A program made the position numbers and the translations under genes. A stretch of 35,185 bases of DNA from Acidimicrobiales bacterium (lineage in GTDB: Bacteria; Actinomycetota; Acidimicrobiia; Acidimicrobiales; JAJPHD01). Positions 28,052-35,185 of the stretch are shown piece after piece. Position 1 is the first letter of the stretch, and each line of letters starts with the position of its first letter. The DNA lies in the NCBI GenBank assembly GCA_050744025.1, contig JBOGGR010000406.1, positions 1-35,185 of the forward strand, given 5' to 3'. The notes beneath the pieces are model-generated. The model ran no database searches. It was not told the origin of the DNA and worked only from the letters and a program-made list of their open reading frames with translations.

Positions 28052-29129
28052 TCACCGTCGTCGGCACCGCTCCAGCGGGCGCCAGAGGGCTCCCAGCATG
28101 AGCCCGAGCACGCCGGCCCAGGCGCCCACCCCCACCCACAGCCAGACTCGGGCCACGGCCACCATGAAGCCGAGGCCGGCGGCCCGGCCCAAGGTGACGG
28201 AGGCCACCGTGTACATCCCGAGGGGGAAGACCACGCTCCAGAGGCGCGGCTCGTAGGCCCGGGAGTAGCCGCGCACCAGGTAGCGCCAGATCCCGAAGAG
28301 GACGAGCAGCGGGATCCACCAGGTGCCGAAGGCCCACAGCACCACCGACAGGCCGACCAGCAATGGGTGCATGGCGTGGACCAGCACGCTCGACTCGTGG
28401 CCCGGGATCACCAGGACCCCCGCAGCCGCCCGCACGCTGATCGCCGTGGCGCCCATCGCGATCCAGTAGGCCGGCCCCATCTCCTCCGGGGTCACCTCGA
28501 CCAGCAGGAGGCGCAGGAAGATGATGACGATCAAGATCAGGTAGAGCATCACCCCCAGGCCCCAGAGGCAGGTCGCCACGGCCGGGAGCGCGCCGCGAAG
28601 CGCTGCCGAGGGGGCCACCGGTGCCAGGCCGGCGGCCAGGATCGAGAGAGACTGCGTGGCCACCACCCAGATGAGCCAGGTGCCGTTCAGCTGGCCCAGC
28701 ACGGGGCGGTGCGCGGCCGCCACGATCGACCAAGGCAGGCCGTAACTGAGCACCAGCCACACCAGGGCGGCGGCCGCCCCGAGCCGAGCGCCACCAGCGG
28801 GTGGCCGCCCATCACCACCCGGATGGCCAGCACATCGGCTCCGGCGACCAATGTGAAGTACGCCATGGCGGTGGTCGGGTCCCGCAGGCCCTCCCGGAAG
28901 CGACCCGGAAAGCGCGCCGCCCTGGCCGCGTAGGCGGGAACCAGGACGACGAAGGCGAGGATCGTCACCGTCAGGGCCACCTGCGACAGGACCGGGCGGC
29001 CGAGCAGGTCGGCGCCCACCGAGACGATCCCGCTGGCCATGACCCAGCGAAGTAACCGGGGTCCATGCCAGCCAGCCACCGCCCGACCAGGCCGGCGGGG
29101 AGGGGCTCTACCTCCCGAGTCGGTGGCAC
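28052..29129 (-). pseudogene. TDT-family (TehA / SLAC1-like) anion transporter, 2 frameshifts
   Basis: ORF 28052-28762 (236 aa, about 7 TM). The N-terminal half, WVMASGIVSVGADLLGRPVLSQVALTVTILAFVVLVPAYAARAARFPGRFREGLRDPTTAMAYFTLVAGADVL, lies in another frame. Breaks are at the C4 run 28777-28780 and near 29046. Putative GTG start at 29129. Confidence 0.7.
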
Positions 29130-29173
29130 CGGGCCGAAGGCTACCGGACCCCTCCTGGGAGGGCTCCGGGTCG

Positions 29174-29881
29174 CTAGGGTCGTCCGGCGCAGAGGTCGAA
29201 GAACTCGCTGCGCAGCTGGGGGTCGCTGTCGTAGTTGCCCCGCCAGTAGGTGGTGCGGGTGGAGGACTCGATCTCGCGCACGCCGCGCATCTGGGTGCAC
29301 AGGTGCACCGCTTCAAGGTGCACAGCCACCCCGTGGGGGACGAGGACGCGCTCCAGCGCGTCGGCCAGCTGCTGGCCTATTCGCTCCTGGACCGAGAACC
29401 GGCGGGCGAAGAGCCGGAGCAGCCTGGTCAGCTTGGACAGCCCCAGGATGTGCTCATGGGCGATGTAGCCGATGTAGGCCTTGCCGAAGAACGGCAGGCT
29501 GTGGTGCTCGCAGAGCGAGAAGAACGGGATCGGGCCCTCCACCACCTGGCTGATGCGGCAGTCGGGGCCGCCGTGGCACTCGGTCGGGAAGGCGGTGACC
29601 GCCTTGTCGTCGCCCTCGTAGCCGCTGGTGGCGTCGAAGATCGCGTGCAGGAAGCGCCTCGGCGTGTCGGCGGTGGAGGGATTGCCTGTGGGCATCCCCA
29701 TGGCGGCAAAGATCTCCTCCATGTAGCTCGCGAAGCGCTGCCACTGCTCGGGGCTCAGGCTCCTCGGCGAGGTGACCGCCCAGTCCTCGCTCCCCAGGTC
29801 GAGCGCGTCACCCCCGAGACGGGGGAGGGCCCCGGGCGCCTCGGGTCCCTGGCTGTCGTGGTCCACTGCTGCCCCGGCCAT
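29174..29881 (-). CDS. folE: GTP cyclohydrolase I (FolE)
   Basis: ATG 29881, 1 nt after the upstream stop. Conserved blocks: FFSLCEHHSLPFFGKAYIGYI, ILGLSKLTRLLRLFARRFSVQERIGQQLADAL, and HLCTQMRGV. Confidence 0.9.
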   Translation of the reverse strand: MAGAAVDHDSQGPEAPGALPRLGGDALDLGSEDWAVTSPRSLSPEQWQRFASYMEEIFAAMGMPTGNPSTADTPRRFLHAIFDATSGYEGDDKAVTAFPTECHGGPDCRISQVVEGPIPFFSLCEHHSLPFFGKAYIGYIAHEHILGLSKLTRLLRLFARRFSVQERIGQQLADALERVLVPHGVAVHLEAVHLCTQMRGVREIESSTRTTYWRGNYDSDPQLRSEFFDLCAGRP

Positions 29882-29882
29882 C

Positions 29883-30230
29883 TCAGGAGCCCCCATGCGA
29901 GGGCTCCTGGTCCATCGCGTGCAGGGCGAGCGTGGAATGGGCAAAGGCGCCCCCCGCTCGCATCTCTGCCGCCACCCAGATCGCCTCCATGATCTCCTCC
30001 GGGCTGGCCCCCTTGCGGCGGGCGAGCTTGGTGTGGCCGTTGATGCAGTACGGGCACTGGGTGACATGGGCGACCGCGACCGCGATCAGCTGCTTGGTCT
30101 TCTCGGGCAGCGCCCCCTCGCCGAACACGGCGTGGCTGAAGTCCTCGAACGCCTTGTTGATGCCGGGGGCCAGCTGCCTGCGGCGGGCAGCCAGCTCGGC
30201 GGTTGCCGGGTGGTAGACGGGCTCGGTCAT
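29883..30230 (-). CDS. Carboxymuconolactone decarboxylase / AhpD-like family protein (CxxC)
   Basis: ORF track 115 aa. Reads ALPEKTKQLIAVAVAHVTQCPYCINGHTKLARRKGASPEEIMEAIWVAAEMRAGGA. Confidence 0.8.
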   Translation of the reverse strand: MTEPVYHPATAELAARRRQLAPGINKAFEDFSHAVFGEGALPEKTKQLIAVAVAHVTQCPYCINGHTKLARRKGASPEEIMEAIWVAAEMRAGGAFAHSTLALHAMDQEPSHGGS

Positions 30231-30282
30231 ACGAGCCTCCTTCCTGGGTGGGTGGGCGTGCTCTTCTCCTCGTACGGCCGCC

Positions 30283-31144
30283 TCAGCGCCCGCCGACGCG
30301 GACCTGGACCTGGTCGCCCTCCACGCGCACCTGCCAGGCCGGCTGGCCGTCGTGCGCCGGGCCGCGCATGACCTTGCCGTCGGTCAGGCGGAACATGCTC
30401 CCGTGCCAGGGGCAGCGCACGCAGTCGTCGACGAGCTTGCCCTCGTCGAGCGGGCCGCCTGCGTGCCGGCAGGTGGCGGACAGGGCGAAGACCTGCTCGC
30501 CCCGGCGGACCAGCACGACTGGGACTCCGCCAGCCGTCGCCCGCACCGGCTCGTCCTGCGCCAGGTCGGACATCGAGGCCACGGCGGTCCACTCGGTGGC
30601 GGGCTCCTCGAAGGCGGTGTGGTTGACGCCCACCCCGCGGTTCAAGGAGAGGTGGCCGCCCAGGTAGCTGGAGGCGGTCATCACCCCGAGGCCGAAGGCT
30701 GAGCGCCATCCCTGTCACCCGCCGGCCTCGCTGGCGGGCCAGGTAGGACGCTGCCTGAAGGAGGCTGCGCCGAGGTTCCCGAGCCCGTGCACGAGCCCGT
30801 GCACGAGGCCCACCCGCTGCTCGGAGCCGTAGGTCTCGGACCAGTCGGACGCGCCGGCGGTCGCCGTGGGCAGCGCCGCGAGCACGCCCAGCCACCAGGC
30901 GCCGGGCCGCCCTCCCCCCCCACTTGCCGACCGTGAGGTCCATCAGCCCCGCCGCCACCCAGGCGCCGATCGGGATGTCGGTCAGCGTCGGGTGGAGCTG
31001 GTGGCCGAGCCAGGTCCCCGACAGGGCGTTCTTGACCGGCGTCGATCGGGTGGCCCGTCCCGCCACCTCGGCGAGCGGGCGGGCGAGGCCGTCCAGCGCC
31101 TCCAGGCCCTCCAGCTCCTTGGCGATCCGCTGAAAGTCGGGCAT
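30283..31144 (-). pseudogene. DUF2231 membrane domain fused to a Rieske [2Fe-2S] domain, about 3 frameshifts
   Basis: ATG 31144 with the SD AGGAGGAAG. MPDFQRIAKELEGLEALDGLARPLAEVAGRATRSTPVKNALSGTWLGHQLHPTLTDIPIGAWVAAGLMDL. Breaks are at the C8 run 30914-30921, near 30757 and near 30700. The Rieske part is ORF 30283-30684 (CRHAGGPLDEG...CPWHGSMFRLTDGKVMRGPA). Confidence 0.7.
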
Positions 31145-31388
31145 GGCTTCCTCCTGTCGCGTTCCGGCGCTCGCTCCCCCCCATGGTGCTCGCCCTCTCC
31201 ACCCGACGGGCCGTGGGCCAGCAGGGCCATTCTTACCCCAACCGCCCCCGCCGGTCGCCCTGGAGGGCCTCCCCCGAGCCGAGAAGCTGCCGGGCCGGCT
31301 CGACTGCGCCGGGCTCGCCGTCCACCTGTCGAGCGGTGACGAGCTCGGACCTCCCGACACCGTGCTCACCCTCGGGCGAGCCCGCCGT

Positions 31389-31600
31389 TCAGCGCGAGAC
31401 GCAGAACTCGTTGCCTTCCGGATCGGCGATGGTCACCCAGGTATGGGGGCCCTGCCGCCCTTCGTGGCATACGCGCGGCCCGGGACCGCCCATGGACCAC
31501 GCCGGGCGCTGCCCATCGCATGCCGTTGGACCAGCGAGGAGGAAGGCCGAGCCGGCTCCGGCGGGGACAGGAACGACACGGGTCAGTAGCCGTCGTCCCG
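31389..31600 (-). pseudogene. VOC/glyoxalase-family remnant (C-terminal end only)
   Basis: The tail ...HTWVTIADPEGNEFCVSR plus stop (31389) matches the characteristic DPEGNEFC end of this family. Upstream frames are scrambled. Confidence 0.35.
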
Positions 31601-31602
31601 GG

Positions 31603-32895
31603 TCAGGCCCACATACGCGGCCCTCGAGCCCGGACGGCGCCGGCGAAGCCGGGGGCCAGGTCGCCGCGGCCCTCCACCTCGACACGCTCGAGGCCGAGCC
31701 ACTGGCGCATCCGGTGGAGCTCGGCTGCGACGGCGTCCGCTGTCGAGCCGGCGGCGGCGTGCGCTTGAGGTAGGCGCGGGCGACTCGCAGAGAGCCGCCC
31801 GCACGGTCGACCTTCAGATCGAGACGGGCGGTGATCTCGTCGCCGACCAGCAGGGGCAGCACGTAGTACCCGTGCTGGCGCTGTGCCTCGGGGACGTAGA
31901 TCTCGATGCGGTAGTGGAAGCCGAAGAGGCGCCCGGTTCGCTCCCTCGTCCAGATGAGGGAGCCGAACGGCTGTTGGGGAGGGTCGCGTGGTCCCGCCGG
32001 GGCCGCCGGGGGCGGGCGCTGGCGCGTAGGTAGGCGGGGGCCCCCAGCCTTCGACCGCCACCTCGACCAGCCGTCCCTCCTCGACCAGCTCGGCAAACCG
32101 CAGTCTCGTGGCCGTCGGGCGCAGCCACAAGTAGTCGGCCAGGTCTCTCGCGGTGGCCACGCCGCTGCAGGCGGCCGCCAGTGAGACCAGTTCCCGCTGC
32201 GCCTCGTCCTCACTGGGGACCGGGAGGTCACGCACGGCTGCCGGCATGACCCGCTCCGCCAAGTCGTAGACGCGCTCGAAGTTGGGTGCTCGCCAGGCCG
32301 CCAGCACGCCGCCACCGAAGGCCAGCTCGAGGGGGCGCGGCGCCCGTCGCTGCGCCGGCCCCACCAGGTGCTGGTGTTGCGCCGGGGCTCGCTCAGCCCG
32401 GCTGCGGTGAGTGGCCCCCGGTCGGCGGCCTGGGCGAGGACCGCCCCCATGTAGCCGGCGTTGGCGGCTCGCCAGGCGCGACGGCGCTCCTGTGCCGTGC
32501 GGCTGTCGACCGGGTCGTCGCGCCAACGGTCCATGCGGTGGCGGAACAGCGGGTAGGTCTCGACGGGGAGCAACGACGCGGCGTGCCCCCAGTACTCCCA
32601 CCACGGCGCGCCGGGACCGCTGAGGGCGAGGAGGCATGCCGGGTCGTAACCACCGATGCGGCTGAAGAGCACGAGGAACTGCGTGCGGGGGCGTTGGCAG
32701 CGTCCAGCTGGATCGTCCCAACCCGGTTCAACAGCCGTCGGAGGCGGCGAGTCGGGGACCGGGACCCGCCGGCCGGAGCCGGCCGCGGGGATCCGAGGCC
32801 CTGCGCCTCCAGGGCGAGCCAGCGCGCTTCGCGTCTCGAGATCTCGACGGGACGGGGTACCGCTGGGCGATCTTAGGGGCCCAAGGCTGTCGCAT
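31603..32895 (-). pseudogene. AlkZ/YcaQ-like (DUF1006) winged-helix DNA glycosylase, at least 5 frameshifts
   Basis: Pieces are spread over three frames: VEISRREARWLALEAQGL...LLNRVGTIQLDA, then LFSRIGGYDPACLLALSGPGAPWWEYWGHAASLLPVETYPLFRHRM, then LELAFGGGVLAAWRAPNFERVYDLAERVMP, then FGSLIWTRERTGRLFGFHYRIEIYVPEAQRQHGYYVLPLLVGDEITARLDLKVDR, then AAELHRMRQWLGLERVEV. Confidence 0.7.
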
Positions 32896-32922
32896 CCTCG
32901 GGCGTACCGCCCCGGCGGGGAA

Positions 32923-33300
32923 TCAGGACGGTGCGAAGCCTTCGAGCGCAGCGGTCATGTGCCGGGTCATCTCCTCGCCTCCATGCTGACCGGTGCCGAC
33001 CAGGTGCAGCTCTGCGCCCGGCCAGGCCCGGGCCAGGCTCCAGGGCACATCGGCGGGCGCTCCGAGGTCGAGCCTGCCATCTGGGTGGGTCACGCTGGAC
33101 AGCCGCTAGCCGCCTCGTGGTCCGTTCCCTGCGTGCGCGCCCTCGGTGGAGCGACCTGGCGCCTCGACCCTGGGGACAACTGTCGGCCCCGCGCCCAGCT
33201 GCGGACGATGAGAAGGACAGGGCTGCCGCCCCATTCGTGGTCGCGATCTGGGTCGCCAGCCTCCTCCCCGGTGACGTCCGTGGCCGCACGGCCCACCTTG
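32923..33300 (-). pseudogene. Alpha/beta-hydrolase remnant with an internal deletion
   Basis: The C-terminal piece is VTHPDGRLDLGAPADVPWSLARAWPGAELHLVGTGQHGGEEMTRHMTAALEGFAPS plus stop (32923-33093). A nucleophile-elbow-like HEWGGS lies only about 45 codons upstream in another frame, whereas about 150 would be expected. Confidence 0.35.
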
Positions 33301-33595
33301 CGGGCACCACCAGGGGGCACGCGGGGAGACAAGTCCATCACCCCCGGTACCAGGGGCCCGGCCTCCCGTCCCCGGCCCAACGACGACGGAGCGGGCCCCA
33401 GCGCTCGGTCGTCGGCACACCCCTCCCCAGTGGTACCGCCGCCGGCTACATAACAGGCGCGTATCAGGCGCGTGGCAGACTGGAGACCTCACCGACCACG
33501 CAGAAGGGAGCGCTGACATGGACCTTCTCCCCACCAGGACCGGGCCACGGGCAGCAGACCTGATGCACAAGGTGCCGGGGGGCCGGTGAGCGACC

Positions 33596-34165
33596 TCAGC
33601 GGGGGGCGACGAGGTCTGCCGGCACCACCTTGACGGGGAAGGGATCCGCGGCTTCGTAAGGCTGGATGCCGCTGACCCGGGCCTGCTCCTCCAAGACGTC
33701 ACCGTGCAGGCGCAGCACTGCCAGGTCGGGCACGCCCGGGTCGACGATCCAGTACCAGGGCAAGCCGGCCGCGGCATAGCTGAGGCGCTTGGTCCCCCAG
33801 TCCGTGCGCCGTGTGGAGGGAGAGAGCACCTCGACGACCAGCAGGGGGACAGAGTCCAGGTGAGCCTCGCCCAAGTCCTCGGCCTTGATGACCAGGAGGT
33901 CCGGCTCGAGCACGGTCGTCGGCGAGACGAGCCAGTCGTAGGGGCCCGGGATGACCTCGAGGCCCTCCGACGCGGCTTCGGCGAGGACGCGAAGAAGCCT
34001 CGCCACGCAGAGCTGATGGCGACCTCCCGGAGCCGGGCTCACCAGCAGAGCTCCGTCGACGAGCTCACGGCGATGGCCGTCGTCGGGCATCTCGCCCAAG
34101 GCGGCGTAGGTGAGAGGCTCACCCCAGGGCAGGGCAACGACCACCCCCGCATCGTAGAGCCTCAC
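33596..34165 (-). CDS. Uma2-family (DUF820) endonuclease
   Basis: It is the C-terminal 189 aa of ORF 33596-34540, from GTG 34165. Motifs: ELVDGALLVSPAPGGRHQ, DWLVSPTTVLEPDLLVI, PLLVVEVLSPSTRRTDWGTKRLSYAAAGLPWYWIVDP. Confidence 0.75.
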   Translation of the reverse strand: MRLYDAGVVVALPWGEPLTYAALGEMPDDGHRRELVDGALLVSPAPGGRHQLCVARLLRVLAEAASEGLEVIPGPYDWLVSPTTVLEPDLLVIKAEDLGEAHLDSVPLLVVEVLSPSTRRTDWGTKRLSYAAAGLPWYWIVDPGVPDLAVLRLHGDVLEEQARVSGIQPYEAADPFPVKVVPADLVAPR

Positions 34166-34300
34166 CGAGCACTCCCCTCGCCGACTGGGAACCCTGGGCT
34201 CTATCTGGTGGACCAGCTCCCCGGCCCCCCAGCGAAGAGGCGAGAGCCGGCCTCGGGCCGACTCCGACCGCACCGGTCGCCAGCACGTGCCTGCCCCAAC

Positions 34301-34329
34301 TGGCACGACTTCTGGCACGACTTCTGGCA
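34301..34329 (+). repeat. 2.5 tandem copies of the 12-mer TGGCACGACTTC
   Basis: TGGCACGACTTC occurs at 34301-34312 and 34313-34324, followed by TGGCA. It is the inverted partner of the array at 34481-34509. Confidence 0.85.
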
Positions 34330-34480
34330 AATGCCCAACGAGACTCCTCTTGCCGGTCGCCGGCCAGGTCCGGAGCGGACATCTCCTGCCCGGCGGCTGG
34401 GCTCGACCACGCCGAACCGGCCCGTGGGTGCGGTCTCCGCCCGGGGCCAGCAGAAGGAGAAGTCGTGTGCAGCCCGACCG

Positions 34481-34509
34481 TGCCAGCAGTCCTGCCAGTA
34501 GTCCTGCCA
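34481..34509 (-). repeat. 2.5 tandem copies of the 12-mer TGGCAGGACT(A/G)C, read on the minus strand
   Basis: The reverse complement of 34481-34509 is TGGCAGGACTACTGGCAGGACTGCTGGCA. That is 25/29 identical to the array at 34301-34329. Confidence 0.85.
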
Positions 34510-34699
34510 CTTCGGGGGCGCATCGTGGCCCCATGTGCAATCACCGACGACAACCACGGCACGGGAGGCGACTGGTGATCCATCCGCTTCGGCGCCAACA
34601 GGTCCGAGGCCGCCCGGCTGCGCTCGCCTCCCTCCTGAGCGCAGGAGCCCACCAGGCTGACCTGGCACGAGAGCCCCACCGTCGCCAGCGGGCCCCCAG

Positions 34700-35056
34700 A
34701 TGCTGAGCCGGCTCGACCATGCCGCCGGCGCCGCCGGCGGTCCGAGCCCGAGCTCTGTCGAAGCGCTGATCGAGGCCGCTGTGGAGCGAGCTGTCCGCCA
34801 GGTCCTTGGCCCCCACCTGCACAAGCTGGCCAGCTGCGAACCGGCTGTGTACACCGTCTCCCAGGCCGCCCAGGTGCTCCAGGTCTCCGAGGACACCGTG
34901 GGCCGCATGGTCCGACGAGGAGCGCTGCCTCGCGTGCCCCTCGTCGACGGCAAGGTTCTCATCCCCCGGCGGGCTCTCGACCGGCTGACCAAGGAGCCTC
35001 AGCTCCCCGGGGACCCAACATGCTCGACAAGGGGTAGGCAACCGTTGGCACGATAG
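34700..35056 (+). CDS. Excisionase/MerR-type HTH DNA-binding protein; 3' end runs into the IS607 copy
   Basis: ORF track 118 aa. HTH is AVYTVSQAAQVLQVSEDTVGRMVRRGALPRVPLVDGKVLIPRRALDRL. The last about 9 codons are encoded by IS607 sequence (from 35031), so the native C-terminus may be lost. Confidence 0.6.
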   Translation: MLSRLDHAAGAAGGPSPSSVEALIEAAVERAVRQVLGPHLHKLASCEPAVYTVSQAAQVLQVSEDTVGRMVRRGALPRVPLVDGKVLIPRRALDRLTKEPQLPGDPTCSTRGRQPLAR

Positions 35057-35185
35057 TGAGTGGTACCAAGCGTACGAGTGATCGAGTGATACGATGCGGT
35101 GGTGAATCTGACGGAGTGGGCTCGGCGCCAGGGCGTTCATCCCCAGACCGCCTACCGCTGGTTTCGTGAGGGGACGCTGCCAGTG
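35031..35185 (+). mobile_element. IS607-family insertion sequence, inner end (second copy, inverted relative to 1-219); continues beyond window end
   Basis: It is the reverse-complement match to 65-219 (155 nt, 6 mismatches). It begins with GGGGTAGGCAACCG. Confidence 0.7.
35102..35185 (+). CDS. tnpA: IS607-type serine recombinase/transposase TnpA, N-terminus (partial)
   Basis: GTG 35102. Translation is VNLTEWARRQGVHPQTAYRWFREGTLPV, identical at the protein level to the copy at 148-65. Confidence 0.7.
   Translation, partial: MNLTEWARRQGVHPQTAYRWFREGTLPV

Noticed and set aside
24299-28933. Plus-strand ORFs of 390, 354 and 405 aa
   Set aside because: They are antisense to narG and the TDT transporter, with no recognisable motifs.
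34299-34317. Sigma-54 promoter (CTGGCACGACTTCTGGCA resembles TGGCAC-N5-TTGC)
   Set aside because: The -12 element is CTGG rather than TTGC. The match arises from the tandem 12-mer, and RpoN is generally absent from Actinobacteria.

Overview
High-GC (actinobacterium-like) accessory segment. Two inverted, near-identical inner ends of IS607-family elements (1-219 and 35031-35185) bracket the whole window. Contents, left to right: (1) A COG4315-type lipoprotein gene, truncated by the left IS607 copy and split by a 2.05-kb IS5/IS1182-like IS. (2) A cupin gene. (3) A Mu/Tn552-like module on the minus strand (Zn-ribbon/HTH protein, rve transposase, ExeA/TniB-like ATPase, DUF3987-like protein). Its transposase is split by a 213-bp MITE-like insertion and its ATPase is frameshifted. 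(4) Decayed ClC channel and DUF488 genes. (5) A cluster of hemerythrin-DUF2249, DUF2249, DUF59 and a His-rich polytopic membrane protein, with a 4 x 24-bp tandem repeat in its divergent promoter. (6) An intact sufB-sufC-sufD-sufT operon followed by a SufR-like regulator. (7) Two flavoprotein reductase genes and a tiny Cys-rich ORF. (8) A narGHJI nitrate reductase operon preceded by a TDT/SLAC1-type anion transporter, folE, an AhpD-like gene and a DUF2231-Rieske fusion. (9) AlkZ/YcaQ-like, VOC and alpha/beta-hydrolase remnants, a Uma2 nuclease, and an excisionase-type HTH gene. About a dozen genes, including narG and narH, need one or more frame corrections. Most lesions are 1-nt indels, often in homopolymers, so consensus errors are possible. 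Three are exact 5- or 7-bp tandem duplications, and the lesions are very unevenly distributed: none in about 5 kb of suf, at least 9 in about 2.6 kb at 30283-32895. That pattern favours real gene decay. No rRNA, tRNA or CRISPR array was recognised. All family assignments come from motif recognition by eye, not from searches.
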